Virus record (IMG/VR): IMGVR_UViG_3300035670_000053
Length of the DNA: 64,000 nucleotides
From: a virus
Reading direction: 5' to 3' (one strand)
The notes beneath the pieces were generated by a model. It saw only the letters and a list, made by a program, of their open reading frames with translations, was not told the origin of the DNA and ran no database searches. The first letter of the stretch is position 1, and every line of letters begins with the position of its first letter. This document shows positions 48,148 through 56,759 of this stretch, piece after piece. The position numbers and the translations under genes are program-made.

Positions 48148-48464
48148 GACCACCTCAAAATAAACAAAGTCAGATCCTTTGGGTTCTTGAAGGCAAAAGT
48201 AGTACTGCCAAATATGTTATGCACCACCCACAAATTGTCACCCATTCCTTTCCATGTTAGAGGAGTACCGTAAGTCCAACCACCGGGTCCTATGTTGTTA
48301 TAGCACCATTCTTCCATATCTTTCTGTTCGTGGTAGCGATCTTTGTCGAATGTAATCTCCATTTTGTGCCAGCCTTCTGTTATTGTGTCAAATATTACGG
48401 CTCTGTCAATCTCTTCACAAATTATATTTGTAGCATCAATAGTGATTTTATCAATCGGGTTCAT
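48144..48464 (-). CDS. Array unit ending FILRWS
   Basis: ATGA overlap at the junction. Confidence 0.72.
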   Translation of the reverse strand: MNPIDKITIDATNIICEEIDRAVIFDTITEGWHKMEITFDKDRYHEQKDMEEWCYNNIGPGGWTYGTPLTWKGMGDNLWVVHNIFGSTTFAFKNPKDLTLFILRWS

Positions 48465-48736
48465 AACCACCTCAAAATAAACAACGTTGCGTGTTTTTCA
48501 GATTCAAACCAAACGGTATCTATTCTTGACCAAAAATAGTGTGTTTTCCCGAATTGTTCCTTACACCATTCGTTTATGTCAAGCCAATTATATTCTATAT
48601 TGACGACAGATACATTTACACGATAATAGCCTGCGTCGGCAAATCTAGAGTCCCAGTTATGGGCGAGACTACGAGGTCGAGTATTATCCCAATCTCCCCA
48701 TGCTTGAACAAAATCACCTATACAGTCTTTTTTCAT
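48461..48736 (-). CDS. Array unit ending FILRWL
   Basis: ATGA overlap at the junction. Confidence 0.72.
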   Translation of the reverse strand: MKKDCIGDFVQAWGDWDNTRPRSLAHNWDSRFADAGYYRVNVSVVNIEYNWLDINEWCKEQFGKTHYFWSRIDTVWFESEKHATLFILRWL

Positions 48737-48951
48737 GACCACCTCAACATGTAAAGCATAGCCACACGATCATCTGTAAATTTTAGATAGTTGATAAACT
48801 GATGATACTCAGCTTCATATACTTTTACGACAGACCATTGTTGGCCACCATACTTATTATTAAGATAATAAAGTATCGGACCAACATGATGCTCTAACCA
48901 ACATTCTTGTTGATAAGTTAGTGCTTGCTTTAACTTTATTTCAGTAGTCAT
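48733..48951 (-). CDS. First array unit, ending YMLRWS
   Basis: Directly downstream of a consensus promoter. Confidence 0.72.
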   Translation of the reverse strand: MTTEIKLKQALTYQQECWLEHHVGPILYYLNNKYGGQQWSVVKVYEAEYHQFINYLKFTDDRVAMLYMLRWS

Positions 48952-48977
48952 GCGTGAAATTTTTACAGTGTACTACC

Positions 48978-49006
48978 ATTTTAACACTGCAACTATTTCT
49001 TGTCAA
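48978..49006 (-). promoter_or_regulatory. Near-consensus sigma70 promoter heading the small-ORF array
   Basis: TTGACA-17 nt-TAAAAT; a GTCAAC..GTTGAC inverted repeat overlaps the -35 box. Confidence 0.8.
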
Positions 49007-49211
49007 CCATATAGTTGACTGAAAAAATCAATAATACAGCATTAGTACAATAAAAATATAATTAATGATATAATTACTATACTAATAAAAATAAGTCTTA
49101 TAAAGTTAATTCCAAGTTCATCAATAAATGACTTTTTATCAATATTAAAAAATAGCAGTAAAAAATTTACTGCTATAATATCTAATACCCTAATCATTGA
49201 TTGATAAAATA

Positions 49212-49388
49212 TTATGTATTTTTAGGGTCAGCTTTAGTGATAGACCATGAACCATCGCCATTATCGGAGAAATTAAGAGTATCACCTTCATTCCAACCTA
49301 CCTGATCTAGTAATTCAGGGGGGAATTCTAACAATATGTCTCCAGTTTCTGGATCTTCTTTAGTTTCTAAAATCCATTTAGTTTCCAT
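49212..49388 (-). CDS. AbrB/MazE-like small protein (58 aa, not in ORF track)
   Basis: METKWILETKEDPETGDILLEFPPELLDQVGWNEGDTLNFSDNGDGSWSITK; FP.ELL...GW..GD.L swapped-hairpin pattern; GAGG RBS. Confidence 0.6.
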   Translation of the reverse strand: METKWILETKEDPETGDILLEFPPELLDQVGWNEGDTLNFSDNGDGSWSITKADPKNT

Positions 49389-49539
49389 GATGTTCCTCTT
49401 TTTTTAACTCGACTATTCCATATTGCTTATACATCCAACTAATGAAGTTTTCAATATGTAAATCTGGTCTTACTTTTTTTGAATAAACTTCATAAGCTAA
49501 TGATACTTTATTTAACATATCTTTATCTAAGTAAAACAT

Positions 49540-50121
49540 TTATGACCTTTTTTCAATAACTTTATCTGCTAATCCGTAATTAATTGAAGCTTGTGCGTCC
49601 ATGATATTATCACGGTCCATATCTTTAGTCAACTGACTAAAAGATTTTCCCGTATTTTTTACATAGATATTAGTTAAATCTTTTTTCATTCGTAGAATTT
49701 CGTTAACCTGAATTTCCATGTCGGATGCTTGACCACTTGCTCCACCTAAAGGCTGATGAATTAAATGTCGTGAATGTGGCAACATAAATCTTTTTCCTTT
49801 TTTACCGGATGAAGCAAGTAGTGATCCCATACTAGCAGCTTGTCCAATAACATATGTTGCAATATCTGGTTTTACAAAATCCATTACATCTAAAATTCCC
49901 AATCCTGAAACTACCGATCCTCCTGGACTATTAATATACAAATTAATATCTTTATTAGAATCCATACTTTCAAGATGAAGAATTTGTGCAATAACTAAGT
50001 TTGCACTATGATCATTAACTGGGCCATTCAGAAAAACGATTCTTTCATTCAATAAACGGCTGTAAATGTCAAATGCTCTTTCTCCCTGACTTGTCTTTTC
50101 AACTACCATTGGTACTAACAT
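49540..50121 (-). CDS. clpP: ClpP protease subunit
   Basis: [23 protein letters not shown] (catalytic Ser), HQP (His), MDRD, YGLAD. Confidence 0.95.
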   Translation of the reverse strand: MLVPMVVEKTSQGERAFDIYSRLLNERIVFLNGPVNDHSANLVIAQILHLESMDSNKDINLYINSPGGSVVSGLGILDVMDFVKPDIATYVIGQAASMGSLLASSGKKGKRFMLPHSRHLIHQPLGGASGQASDMEIQVNEILRMKKDLTNIYVKNTGKSFSQLTKDMDRDNIMDAQASINYGLADKVIEKRS

Positions 50122-50130
50122 ATTTTTCCT

Positions 50131-50478
50131 TTAAATTATAACTGCGGTTTTAGTTTGTCGATCACTATAAATTTTGTGACCACGTTCTCTAATTAAATCA
50201 GCAGTAAGTTGTGGGTGTTCTTGCCATTGATTTTTCCAAAAATTTTCATCAAGACTTTCATCACAATCTACTGCATAAATTTCATAGAATCTTTGATGAT
50301 TAAATCTTGCCCTTATAATTAAGTTACGAATAATACTATTCAAAGGATTAGGTATAGATTCTTCTCCTTTAAGTAGTTTAATAAGGTTTTCTTTATCTTG
50401 ATTTTCATATATAGAAATAGGAATGATTGCTTCGATTCCGTTGTAATCCCAACTAAAAATAAATGCATTTTTTGTCAT
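50131..50478 (-). CDS. Hypothetical protein
   Basis: 115 aa ORF. Confidence 0.6.
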   Translation of the reverse strand: MTKNAFIFSWDYNGIEAIIPISIYENQDKENLIKLLKGEESIPNPLNSIIRNLIIRARFNHQRFYEIYAVDCDESLDENFWKNQWQEHPQLTADLIRERGHKIYSDRQTKTAVII

Positions 50479-50480
50479 GT

Positions 50481-50798
50481 TTAATTTGAATTCTTGATTT
50501 TGGTGAGTAAACTATTTTTTTCTTCTTTATATATTTTCCAATTGTCAATAACAGTGTCATATATAGTTATTTTTAAAAATACGCCGACCATAATCATAAT
50601 CCCGGTTGTCACGGTGCTTATTGATTGAATCATTAACCCAGTTATTGTGACACTAACAGACAAAATACATAAAAAATAAAAAGGATCTACTTTTTTAGCA
50701 AACCAAACAAGAAAATGCAGAAGTTCTTTCATATGATCTTTCAAAAATTTATTAATGAGTTTCGTTAAGTGTAATCCATTCAGACCATTTTGGTACAT
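50481..50798 (-). CDS. Two-TM membrane protein
   Basis: Two hydrophobic segments. Confidence 0.5.
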   Translation of the reverse strand: MYQNGLNGLHLTKLINKFLKDHMKELLHFLVWFAKKVDPFYFLCILSVSVTITGLMIQSISTVTTGIMIMVGVFLKITIYDTVIDNWKIYKEEKNSLLTKIKNSN

Positions 50799-50949
50799 TT
50801 AAAAAACTAGATGTTGTTTCATCAAATGCACTGTAGTCTGTGTGTATGTACTTTTTTCTATATTGAAGTTGTTTTACATTGTCAACTGTTACCCATCTTA
50901 ACTCAATATCATTGATTGGAAAATTATTTTCTTGAGATAAATTAGACAT
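50752..50949 (-). CDS. Small hypothetical protein
   Basis: 65 aa; IELRW...KQLQYR...WSEW. Confidence 0.5.
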   Translation of the reverse strand: MSNLSQENNFPINDIELRWVTVDNVKQLQYRKKYIHTDYSAFDETTSSFLNVPKWSEWITLNETH

Positions 50950-50963
50950 AACGAATTATTATA

Positions 50964-51236
50964 TTAAGACCATTTTAAAATAAACATAGTCATATTTTTT
51001 TCTTCTTTAAAGAAAAATACACTTTTATGCTCGTACCACACGGATGCTGATGAACCGAAATTTTTATTACACCATTTTTTAGCTTTCTCAATGTCTAGCT
51101 GTTTATCTTCGGTATTTTCAATTTTAACCCAATGATATTCACCGAGCCAACTTTTGGATTTGCCGGTTTTCATAAAGTTGGACTTTTCTTCAAGCTTGAT
51201 ATTATCGAACTTTGACAAATCAATATTAATGTTCAT
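50964..51236 (-). CDS. Array-family outlier ending FILKWS
   Basis: W..KNFG...WY....FFFKEEKNMTMFILKWS*; has its own promoter. Confidence 0.7.
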   Translation of the reverse strand: MNINIDLSKFDNIKLEEKSNFMKTGKSKSWLGEYHWVKIENTEDKQLDIEKAKKWCNKNFGSSASVWYEHKSVFFFKEEKNMTMFILKWS

Positions 51237-51262
51237 ATAAGCCTTGTGGTTTATAGTTTATA

Positions 51263-51299
51263 GAGCTTGTATTATTGCATACAAGCTCGATCTAGTCAA
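51263..51299 (-). promoter_or_regulatory. Sigma70-like promoter with overlapping 10 bp inverted repeat
   Basis: TTGACT-17 nt-AATAAT; GAGCTTGTAT-N6-ATACAAGCTC at 51263-51288. Confidence 0.6.
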
Positions 51300-51313
51300 G
51301 TACTAAATTATTG

Positions 51314-52510
51314 TTACTTAAATGTTTTTAGAATCAAAACATCTTCATTAAATTTTCCAGTAAGCTTGGTATCAATAGTTCTTACATTTTTATCAAACCA
51401 TGTTTCTATCTTTTTTTGAGTATTCTGATCTTTTAACTCTTTAAGTTGAGCGACGGGAGTTCTTAATGTTTTTTGACAACTAGTATCTGTAAATCCTTTA
51501 ATAGATGAACCTTTTACCTCAAATCCATTGATGCTTGTACTTCTGTAAATTCCAACTTTTCTTGTTTTAACATTATATACTAATGCCATCTGTGCACCAA
51601 TTAGGTTGGTTGGATTTAAAGAAACTAGATTTAATTTATCATCCCTTATACAATACTTAAAACTTTTAACTAATTCTTCTGAAGATTTGGCTTTTTTAGT
51701 TCTTGGTTTTTTATTTACTTTACCTTCTTCAATTAACTGATCACATGCTTTATAAACGTTTTCATAAAACTCAATCAATTTTTTGATATTTTTTCTTGGG
51801 TGATGCCTATATGCTTCTCTAAGTTGTTCTTCAGCTTTCCCACTAGATAATTCTAGAAGTTCATCAAACTGTTTTTGATAAAAAGTTTTTATATATCTAG
51901 CATGTGCTGCTTTTACATTTTTTCCTCGTAAAACATTTAGAACTTTGATGGAAGACGGATTGAATTCATTTGGATTCTCAATAAAAGTATCAATGTTATA
52001 ATCTATATCTTCACACATTTGCCCAGCAGATTCTTTAATTTTTTCTTGAATATTAAATCCTGAATCTGCGACTGGTTGTTTTACCTGAGTTTCTGTGGGT
52101 TTTTCTACGGTATACTTTTCACCTACAATTATTTTGTCTATTTCTTTAGTAAGCCACTCTGCTGAATTTTTTCCATTGTTAAAATTTTCTCTAACAACCG
52201 GCATTCCTCTTAGTAAATTAGCTGCTATTGCTCCAATTGTAGAAGAACATTTCCAATCTGGTGAATTTTTGAATTTTTTAATTTGTTCATTAGTGTAGTC
52301 ATTATTTGACATCCACTGAATCACTTTTAGTTTTAAGTCTTTACTGGCAACTTCTAATTGGTAATATCGTAAAGATTCTCTAAAATATGAAACAAATTTT
52401 TCATGTGTCCATGATTCGTGACCCTCCCAATTCGGACTAGGGTCTTTTTTTGCTTGTGCTCTAATTTTGTTAAGCTGGGTATTTCTTGATTTTATGGTAG
52501 TAGTAGTCAT
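51314..52510 (-). CDS. Hypothetical phage protein
   Basis: 398 aa; C-terminal YNVKTRKVGIY...F.VKG.SIKGF. Confidence 0.75.
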   Translation of the reverse strand: MTTTTIKSRNTQLNKIRAQAKKDPSPNWEGHESWTHEKFVSYFRESLRYYQLEVASKDLKLKVIQWMSNNDYTNEQIKKFKNSPDWKCSSTIGAIAANLLRGMPVVRENFNNGKNSAEWLTKEIDKIIVGEKYTVEKPTETQVKQPVADSGFNIQEKIKESAGQMCEDIDYNIDTFIENPNEFNPSSIKVLNVLRGKNVKAAHARYIKTFYQKQFDELLELSSGKAEEQLREAYRHHPRKNIKKLIEFYENVYKACDQLIEEGKVNKKPRTKKAKSSEELVKSFKYCIRDDKLNLVSLNPTNLIGAQMALVYNVKTRKVGIYRSTSINGFEVKGSSIKGFTDTSCQKTLRTPVAQLKELKDQNTQKKIETWFDKNVRTIDTKLTGKFNEDVLILKTFK

Positions 52511-52516
52511 TAGAGT

Positions 52517-52545
52517 ATTTTACAAACTATGCAAGGTTATGTCAA
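52517..52545 (-). promoter_or_regulatory. Sigma70 promoter, probably giving a leaderless transcript
   Basis: TTGACA-17 nt-TAAAAT, 6 nt before the ATG at 52510. Confidence 0.75.
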
Positions 52546-52565
52546 CATGGTCCTATATTAAGACA

Positions 52566-52826
52566 TTATCTATTTTCACTATCAATTGAAGATATTAAAT
52601 CACCATATTTTAATAAAAATAGTGTTTTTTTATGTTCATTATAGAAATCTAACCAAGTATACGTATAGTCATATATATTGGTTCTCTGAGTAAAACCTAG
52701 TTTTTCTCTTGAATTTGCCCGTATCAGATAATAACTTGGTGGATATTCTTTTTTAATTTTTTCAAGAATTTTTATCCAATCTTTCTCTTTTACTTTTATC
52801 GATTTCATTCTTTGACTGGAATCCAT
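52566..52826 (-). CDS. Small protein with extended array-like C-terminus (LFLLKYG)
   Basis: DFYNEHKKTLFLLKY motif. Confidence 0.55.
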   Translation of the reverse strand: MDSSQRMKSIKVKEKDWIKILEKIKKEYPPSYYLIRANSREKLGFTQRTNIYDYTYTWLDFYNEHKKTLFLLKYGDLISSIDSENR

Positions 52827-53197
52827 TTGATAGCCTTCAGATCTTTTTCTATTTCTTCTGTTATAGTACCTTCACTTACATAGTGATTATATATACTTCC
52901 ATTCATGTCTTGTTCATTATGCATACCACTACAATACCAATCCATGTAATCGCCTTCTTCATGGATGTCTGCTATTATGCTACCAGCATGTCTCCATGAG
53001 CAGTGCCACATTTTGTTTTTTAGAATGTCTAAAACATCTAATTTTAGAAAATCATTATTGCATAGCGCTGCATATAAATTTTGTGAATATATAAAACTAG
53101 ATTTAACTTTGTTACATATCCATGGGGTATTTTTCAGATCAGCCTCAAGGGAATTTTTTTCTAAAGGATAATCTATATTAGAAGTTAATATAATCAT
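52805..53197 (-). CDS. Hypothetical protein
   Basis: YSQNLYAALCNN...SWRHAG..IAD...GDYMDWYCSG. Confidence 0.7.
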   Translation of the reverse strand: MIILTSNIDYPLEKNSLEADLKNTPWICNKVKSSFIYSQNLYAALCNNDFLKLDVLDILKNKMWHCSWRHAGSIIADIHEEGDYMDWYCSGMHNEQDMNGSIYNHYVSEGTITEEIEKDLKAIKWIPVKE

Positions 53198-53226
53198 ATA
53201 AAATGTTGTGCAGGTAAATTATAATT

Positions 53227-53610
53227 TCAAATAATAGATTTTTTCTCTTTAATGTTTTTTAAATCAGATATTGATTTTTTTAAAATTTCACTAAAATTTA
53301 GAGCAACTTGTTCATTTAAAATTACAGAGGATTCGCACTCAATATATCCTTTGGTCCATAGTTTCCAAGTAGTATATAGCACATGTGCAATTCTGTTAAT
53401 AAAATCAAACCGTGTTGGCTGTTGATTCCACCAGCAAGATTTTACATTTGTATATTGTGTTACAATGACTTGGTTACAAGATTCATCAACTTCAACAATC
53501 AATTTTATACGATGATTTTCATCACCGCAGTCACAAAAAACTGTATAAAACTTAGCGGTGTCAAAATTCTTATCTAAACAAATGCCTTCGGCTGGTTCTT
53601 GATATTGCAT
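53227..53610 (-). CDS. Hypothetical protein (CDC...H motif)
   Basis: 127 aa ORF. Confidence 0.6.
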   Translation of the reverse strand: MQYQEPAEGICLDKNFDTAKFYTVFCDCGDENHRIKLIVEVDESCNQVIVTQYTNVKSCWWNQQPTRFDFINRIAHVLYTTWKLWTKGYIECESSVILNEQVALNFSEILKKSISDLKNIKEKKSII

Positions 53611-53612
53611 AT

Positions 53613-53849
53613 TTAATTTAATTTATGTTTAGGAATAGCGTCGTAATCGTCATCATCGTCTAGAATATCTTCTAATGATTCATAATCTTCATCTTGAGTC
53701 CCAATAACAAACTTTCCATATGCATCTGGGAAATCTTCATATACTTGCCTGATAATTTCATCAAGATCCTCCTGTGTTCCGGTAAATGCGTTAAGAAAAT
53801 TTTCTGTAAAAATAATATCTAATTCTTGGTTCATGTTGTTTAAGTCCAT
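53613..53849 (-). CDS. Small highly acidic protein
   Basis: 23 of 78 residues are Asp/Glu. Confidence 0.6.
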   Translation of the reverse strand: MDLNNMNQELDIIFTENFLNAFTGTQEDLDEIIRQVYEDFPDAYGKFVIGTQDEDYESLEDILDDDDDYDAIPKHKLN

Positions 53850-54682
53850 AGTGAATTTCTAATTTTGATAAGACGAATCATCATTTCTTCATCTTCTTTT
53901 TCATAAGCTTCTTCGATTTCCTGGCTCTTCTTTAGAGCTTCACTGCCAAATTCTTTTAATGATGTTGGTGTTTTATCATCACAAAACCAATCGAGGTCTT
54001 CATTTCCATATAGATCACGTTTTAGATCACAATACTTTGTCCACCCACTGGCGTCGTGTACATCTGGGCGATTTGGATAAACTTCGGTCCACCACTTGTA
54101 TAGTGCTAAAATTTCGCGGGCTTTTTCTGCCTGATAAGTAGGTTTACCTATCATGTCAGTCTTTTCGCCTACATCATCTTCCGTCCAAACAAGTTCGCTT
54201 TGCCATTTAAGACCGTCAAGTCCTGCTTCAGGACTACGCCAAGTTCTCCAACGAAACCAACCACTGGACCAAAATGGTGCATGATACTTAGCTCGGGCTT
54301 CTTTGTCCCAAGCAATATTCCACCATGCCTGTTCAATTTCGACAAAATCTACCAATTCATTGAACAAGCAGGGCAAAAAACGATTACCAACGTCGCACCA
54401 CTGCCCTGGTTTAATGTCTCTAGGATGAGCCGTAAGGCAATGAGATTTGGTAATATAACGATTGTTTATGTAATATTTTAGATCGTATAATTTATCTATT
54501 GGCCACCAGATAAAATTCTGAATTTTATCTAGTCCTTCTTCTGCAAGCCAATAGCGGAAAGGATACTTTGTTTCTGCATCCTTTCGCCAATCTCGCCAAC
54601 CTTCAGCAGTCTTGGCTCCGTTTTTCGGTGTCCCGCGAAGCCAATCTGCGAAAGTGCTGCAACTCCAATAATGTTTTCTCAT
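53840..54682 (-). CDS. Trp-rich hypothetical phage protein
   Basis: 280 aa ORF tiling with neighbours. Confidence 0.75.
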   Translation of the reverse strand: MRKHYWSCSTFADWLRGTPKNGAKTAEGWRDWRKDAETKYPFRYWLAEEGLDKIQNFIWWPIDKLYDLKYYINNRYITKSHCLTAHPRDIKPGQWCDVGNRFLPCLFNELVDFVEIEQAWWNIAWDKEARAKYHAPFWSSGWFRWRTWRSPEAGLDGLKWQSELVWTEDDVGEKTDMIGKPTYQAEKAREILALYKWWTEVYPNRPDVHDASGWTKYCDLKRDLYGNEDLDWFCDDKTPTSLKEFGSEALKKSQEIEEAYEKEDEEMMIRLIKIRNSLWT

Positions 54683-55377
54683 TATTCGTTTTTACTTCCA
54701 AATAAATTTAACAGGTTTAAGAAAATGTTTATATAGTTCATATATAAACTCAATGCCCCTCTTACTTCAGCAGAAGCAGTGGTACTATAACTAAGTTCTT
54801 CTCTAATTCGTTGGGTATCCCATGCGGTTAATCCCATGAATATTACAATTGCTAATGTACTGATGACCATTTCTGCAACTGTACTTCCGATGAACAGGTT
54901 GATTATAGCAGCAATGATAATTGAGATCAAGCCAACAAATAACCACTTACCTAAGTTATCTAAATTTTTCTTTGTAAAATATCCATAAAAACTCATTACA
55001 CAAAATAGAACAGCTGCACTCATGAATGCTGATATGATAGAACCTAAATTATACACTATAAAAATACTTGAAAAACATAATCCCATCAATGCTGCAAAGC
55101 CATGAAGCATAAGATGGGAAATTAATTTAGGTGGATCTGCATTAAGTGCGATAGAGATTACAAATACTGCCACTAGTGGTGAGAAAATAACTATCCATTT
55201 CATAAATCCAGTGAATAGAAATGCCATTAATGCAGTGCTACTGGCAACTAACATACTAACGACCATTGATGTTACAAGGGCCATAGCCATAATTCCATAA
55301 ACTCTACCCATAGCAGAATTTATATCACTTGCAGTACGATACCCTGTTTGTGGTAAACCCATACTTGAACCGAACAT
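54682..55377 (-). CDS. Bax inhibitor-1/YccA family membrane protein
   Basis: About 7 TM helices; AWDTQRI, GALSLY.N.INIFL.LL C-terminus. Confidence 0.9.
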   Translation of the reverse strand: MFGSSMGLPQTGYRTASDINSAMGRVYGIMAMALVTSMVVSMLVASSTALMAFLFTGFMKWIVIFSPLVAVFVISIALNADPPKLISHLMLHGFAALMGLCFSSIFIVYNLGSIISAFMSAAVLFCVMSFYGYFTKKNLDNLGKWLFVGLISIIIAAIINLFIGSTVAEMVISTLAIVIFMGLTAWDTQRIREELSYSTTASAEVRGALSLYMNYINIFLNLLNLFGSKNE

Positions 55378-55381
55378 TATT

Positions 55382-55753
55382 TTACTCCTTTATTAAATAA
55401 TTTTTTAAATCTGGTGGAGTCCAACCTAAAGGCTTTAGGACTTTTCCATCTTCTCTTTTTCTAACTTTTCCAGTCTGTGTGTCAATTTTTGCAAAGTTGG
55501 ATCGCATCACCTCCTTCCATCCTTCTTCGCCGTTAAATCCCGCTGAGTGGATTGCACCTGCTGTTACAACCATAATATCTAAAAGAGCATCAAACACTTC
55601 TAGGTTATTATTGTTATCTATCGCAACTTTTAATTCTCCAACTTCTTCTTCAATTAATTTAAGATATAAGTTGAATTGTGATTGATTGAATTTGTCTACT
55701 GATTGATCACAAGATTTCATAAATTTTTCTTGATCTTTAAAAACATTTGGCAT
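55382..55753 (-). CDS. MazG-like NTP pyrophosphohydrolase
   Basis: LIEEEVGEL, DALLDIMVV, EVMRSNFAK, REDGKVLKP. Confidence 0.82.
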   Translation of the reverse strand: MPNVFKDQEKFMKSCDQSVDKFNQSQFNLYLKLIEEEVGELKVAIDNNNNLEVFDALLDIMVVTAGAIHSAGFNGEEGWKEVMRSNFAKIDTQTGKVRKREDGKVLKPLGWTPPDLKNYLIKE

Positions 55754-55762
55754 TTTATTTCC

Positions 55763-56053
55763 TTATATATTTTGGTACTTTAGGTAGTATTCTGTAAGCT
55801 TTTTACTGTCAATAAATGCAACAATTGCAAAATCATATGTAGCATTTTGCGCATTGATAAATTTATGCACTTCTGGTTTTTCATATGATGATGTTACAAT
55901 AAAATGTCCAGGTTTAGTTTTTTTCCAAATATTTATATGTTCAGACACTGCTTCATCTGTACAATAGAAATCATATAAACTAAACCTGTGAACGACTATT
56001 TTGTGGATTTCTTTAATAGATTTGTCTTTATCAATTATTGTTTTGTAAAACAT
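55763..56053 (-). CDS. Hypothetical protein
   Basis: 96 aa; ends LTEYYLKY. Confidence 0.6.
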   Translation of the reverse strand: MFYKTIIDKDKSIKEIHKIVVHRFSLYDFYCTDEAVSEHINIWKKTKPGHFIVTSSYEKPEVHKFINAQNATYDFAIVAFIDSKKLTEYYLKYQNI

Positions 56054-56061
56054 ATTTTTAA

Positions 56062-56286
56062 TTATCCTGTTAATTTATGTCCCCATTTTAAATTAAAAAT
56101 AGTTAAAAACTTTGATAATTCGTTTTCATTTTCAAATCGAAAGGTATTTGAGTTTATTAATTTAAAATTAAAATTGTTATTAACTGTGTTTTCAATCCAA
56201 TTCCAAATATTACTATCTGTACAAAAAACACTTATTTCTAATTCATTACTTTTTCTAATAAAGAGTCTATTTCCAAAAATATTCAT
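56062..56286 (-). CDS. Small protein with array-like C-terminus (FENENE...FNLKW)
   Basis: 74 aa ORF. Confidence 0.55.
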   Translation of the reverse strand: MNIFGNRLFIRKSNELEISVFCTDSNIWNWIENTVNNNFNFKLINSNTFRFENENELSKFLTIFNLKWGHKLTG

Positions 56287-56759
56287 ATTTTATTTTTTAC
56301 AAATGTTTTCTTCTTTGATTTGAATTTTGGTTTAAATTCAGGTTTTTTATTAAAATTAATGTTTTGATGAACTAGATTGCTTGCACTATTTTCTAATGCT
56401 GCCATAATTTCTTCTGGACTGGGACCATCATCATTAACGTCATAATTTTGACTATATGTATATCCAGCTTGACTTATTTTTTTGTTATTTGCATCTGCAT
56501 TAACAAAATTTTCTCTTAAACATCCAACAGGTCCAAATTCATCTTGACTAATTGTTTCCCATGTTCTTAGTTCAAGAAGTGGTTCAATTTCAGTAGGGAT
56601 TGAAATTATATAAAATTTTTGATTTTTATCGTATCCTTCTTCTTCAAGGTTGAGGATTTTAATTATTTTCCCTTTTGTTAATCTATTTTTTCCTGATGAT
56701 ATGCCATAAATCCAAACAGTATCATTTAATTTATATTCTTTTACTATATTCATAATCAA
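56283..56759 (-). CDS. Hypothetical protein
   Basis: 158 aa ORF. Confidence 0.6.
   Translation of the reverse strand: MIMNIVKEYKLNDTVWIYGISSGKNRLTKGKIIKILNLEEEGYDKNQKFYIISIPTEIEPLLELRTWETISQDEFGPVGCLRENFVNADANNKKISQAGYTYSQNYDVNDDGPSPEEIMAALENSASNLVHQNINFNKKPEFKPKFKSKKKTFVKNKI

Larger units (their letters stand above)
44860..48951 (-). repeat. Array of small ORFs separated by a conserved junction TTGAGGTGGTCATGA
   Basis: Exact 15-mer at 45063, 45655, 46611, 46859, 48144 and 48733. Variants at 44860, 45461, 45855, 46091, 46342, 47035, 47352, 47792, 47983 and 48461. Confidence 0.9.

Noticed and set aside
45063-48742. MVM/MVI/MAM/MDM N-termini given by the ORF track for array genes
   Set aside because: These come from the GTG or ATG inside the upstream TGG codon context; the ATG overlapping the stop has proper RBS spacing and was used instead.
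44860-48951. CRISPR array interpretation of the recurring 15-24 nt junction
   Set aside because: Intervening segments are 161-440 nt, uneven in length and fully protein-coding; the repeats are degenerate; no cas genes are visible.
49030-49200. Possible 51 aa hydrophobic minus-strand ORF (MIRVLDIIAV...)
   Set aside because: The DNA is extremely AT-rich with no clear RBS; hydrophobic translation is expected by chance, so it was not called.
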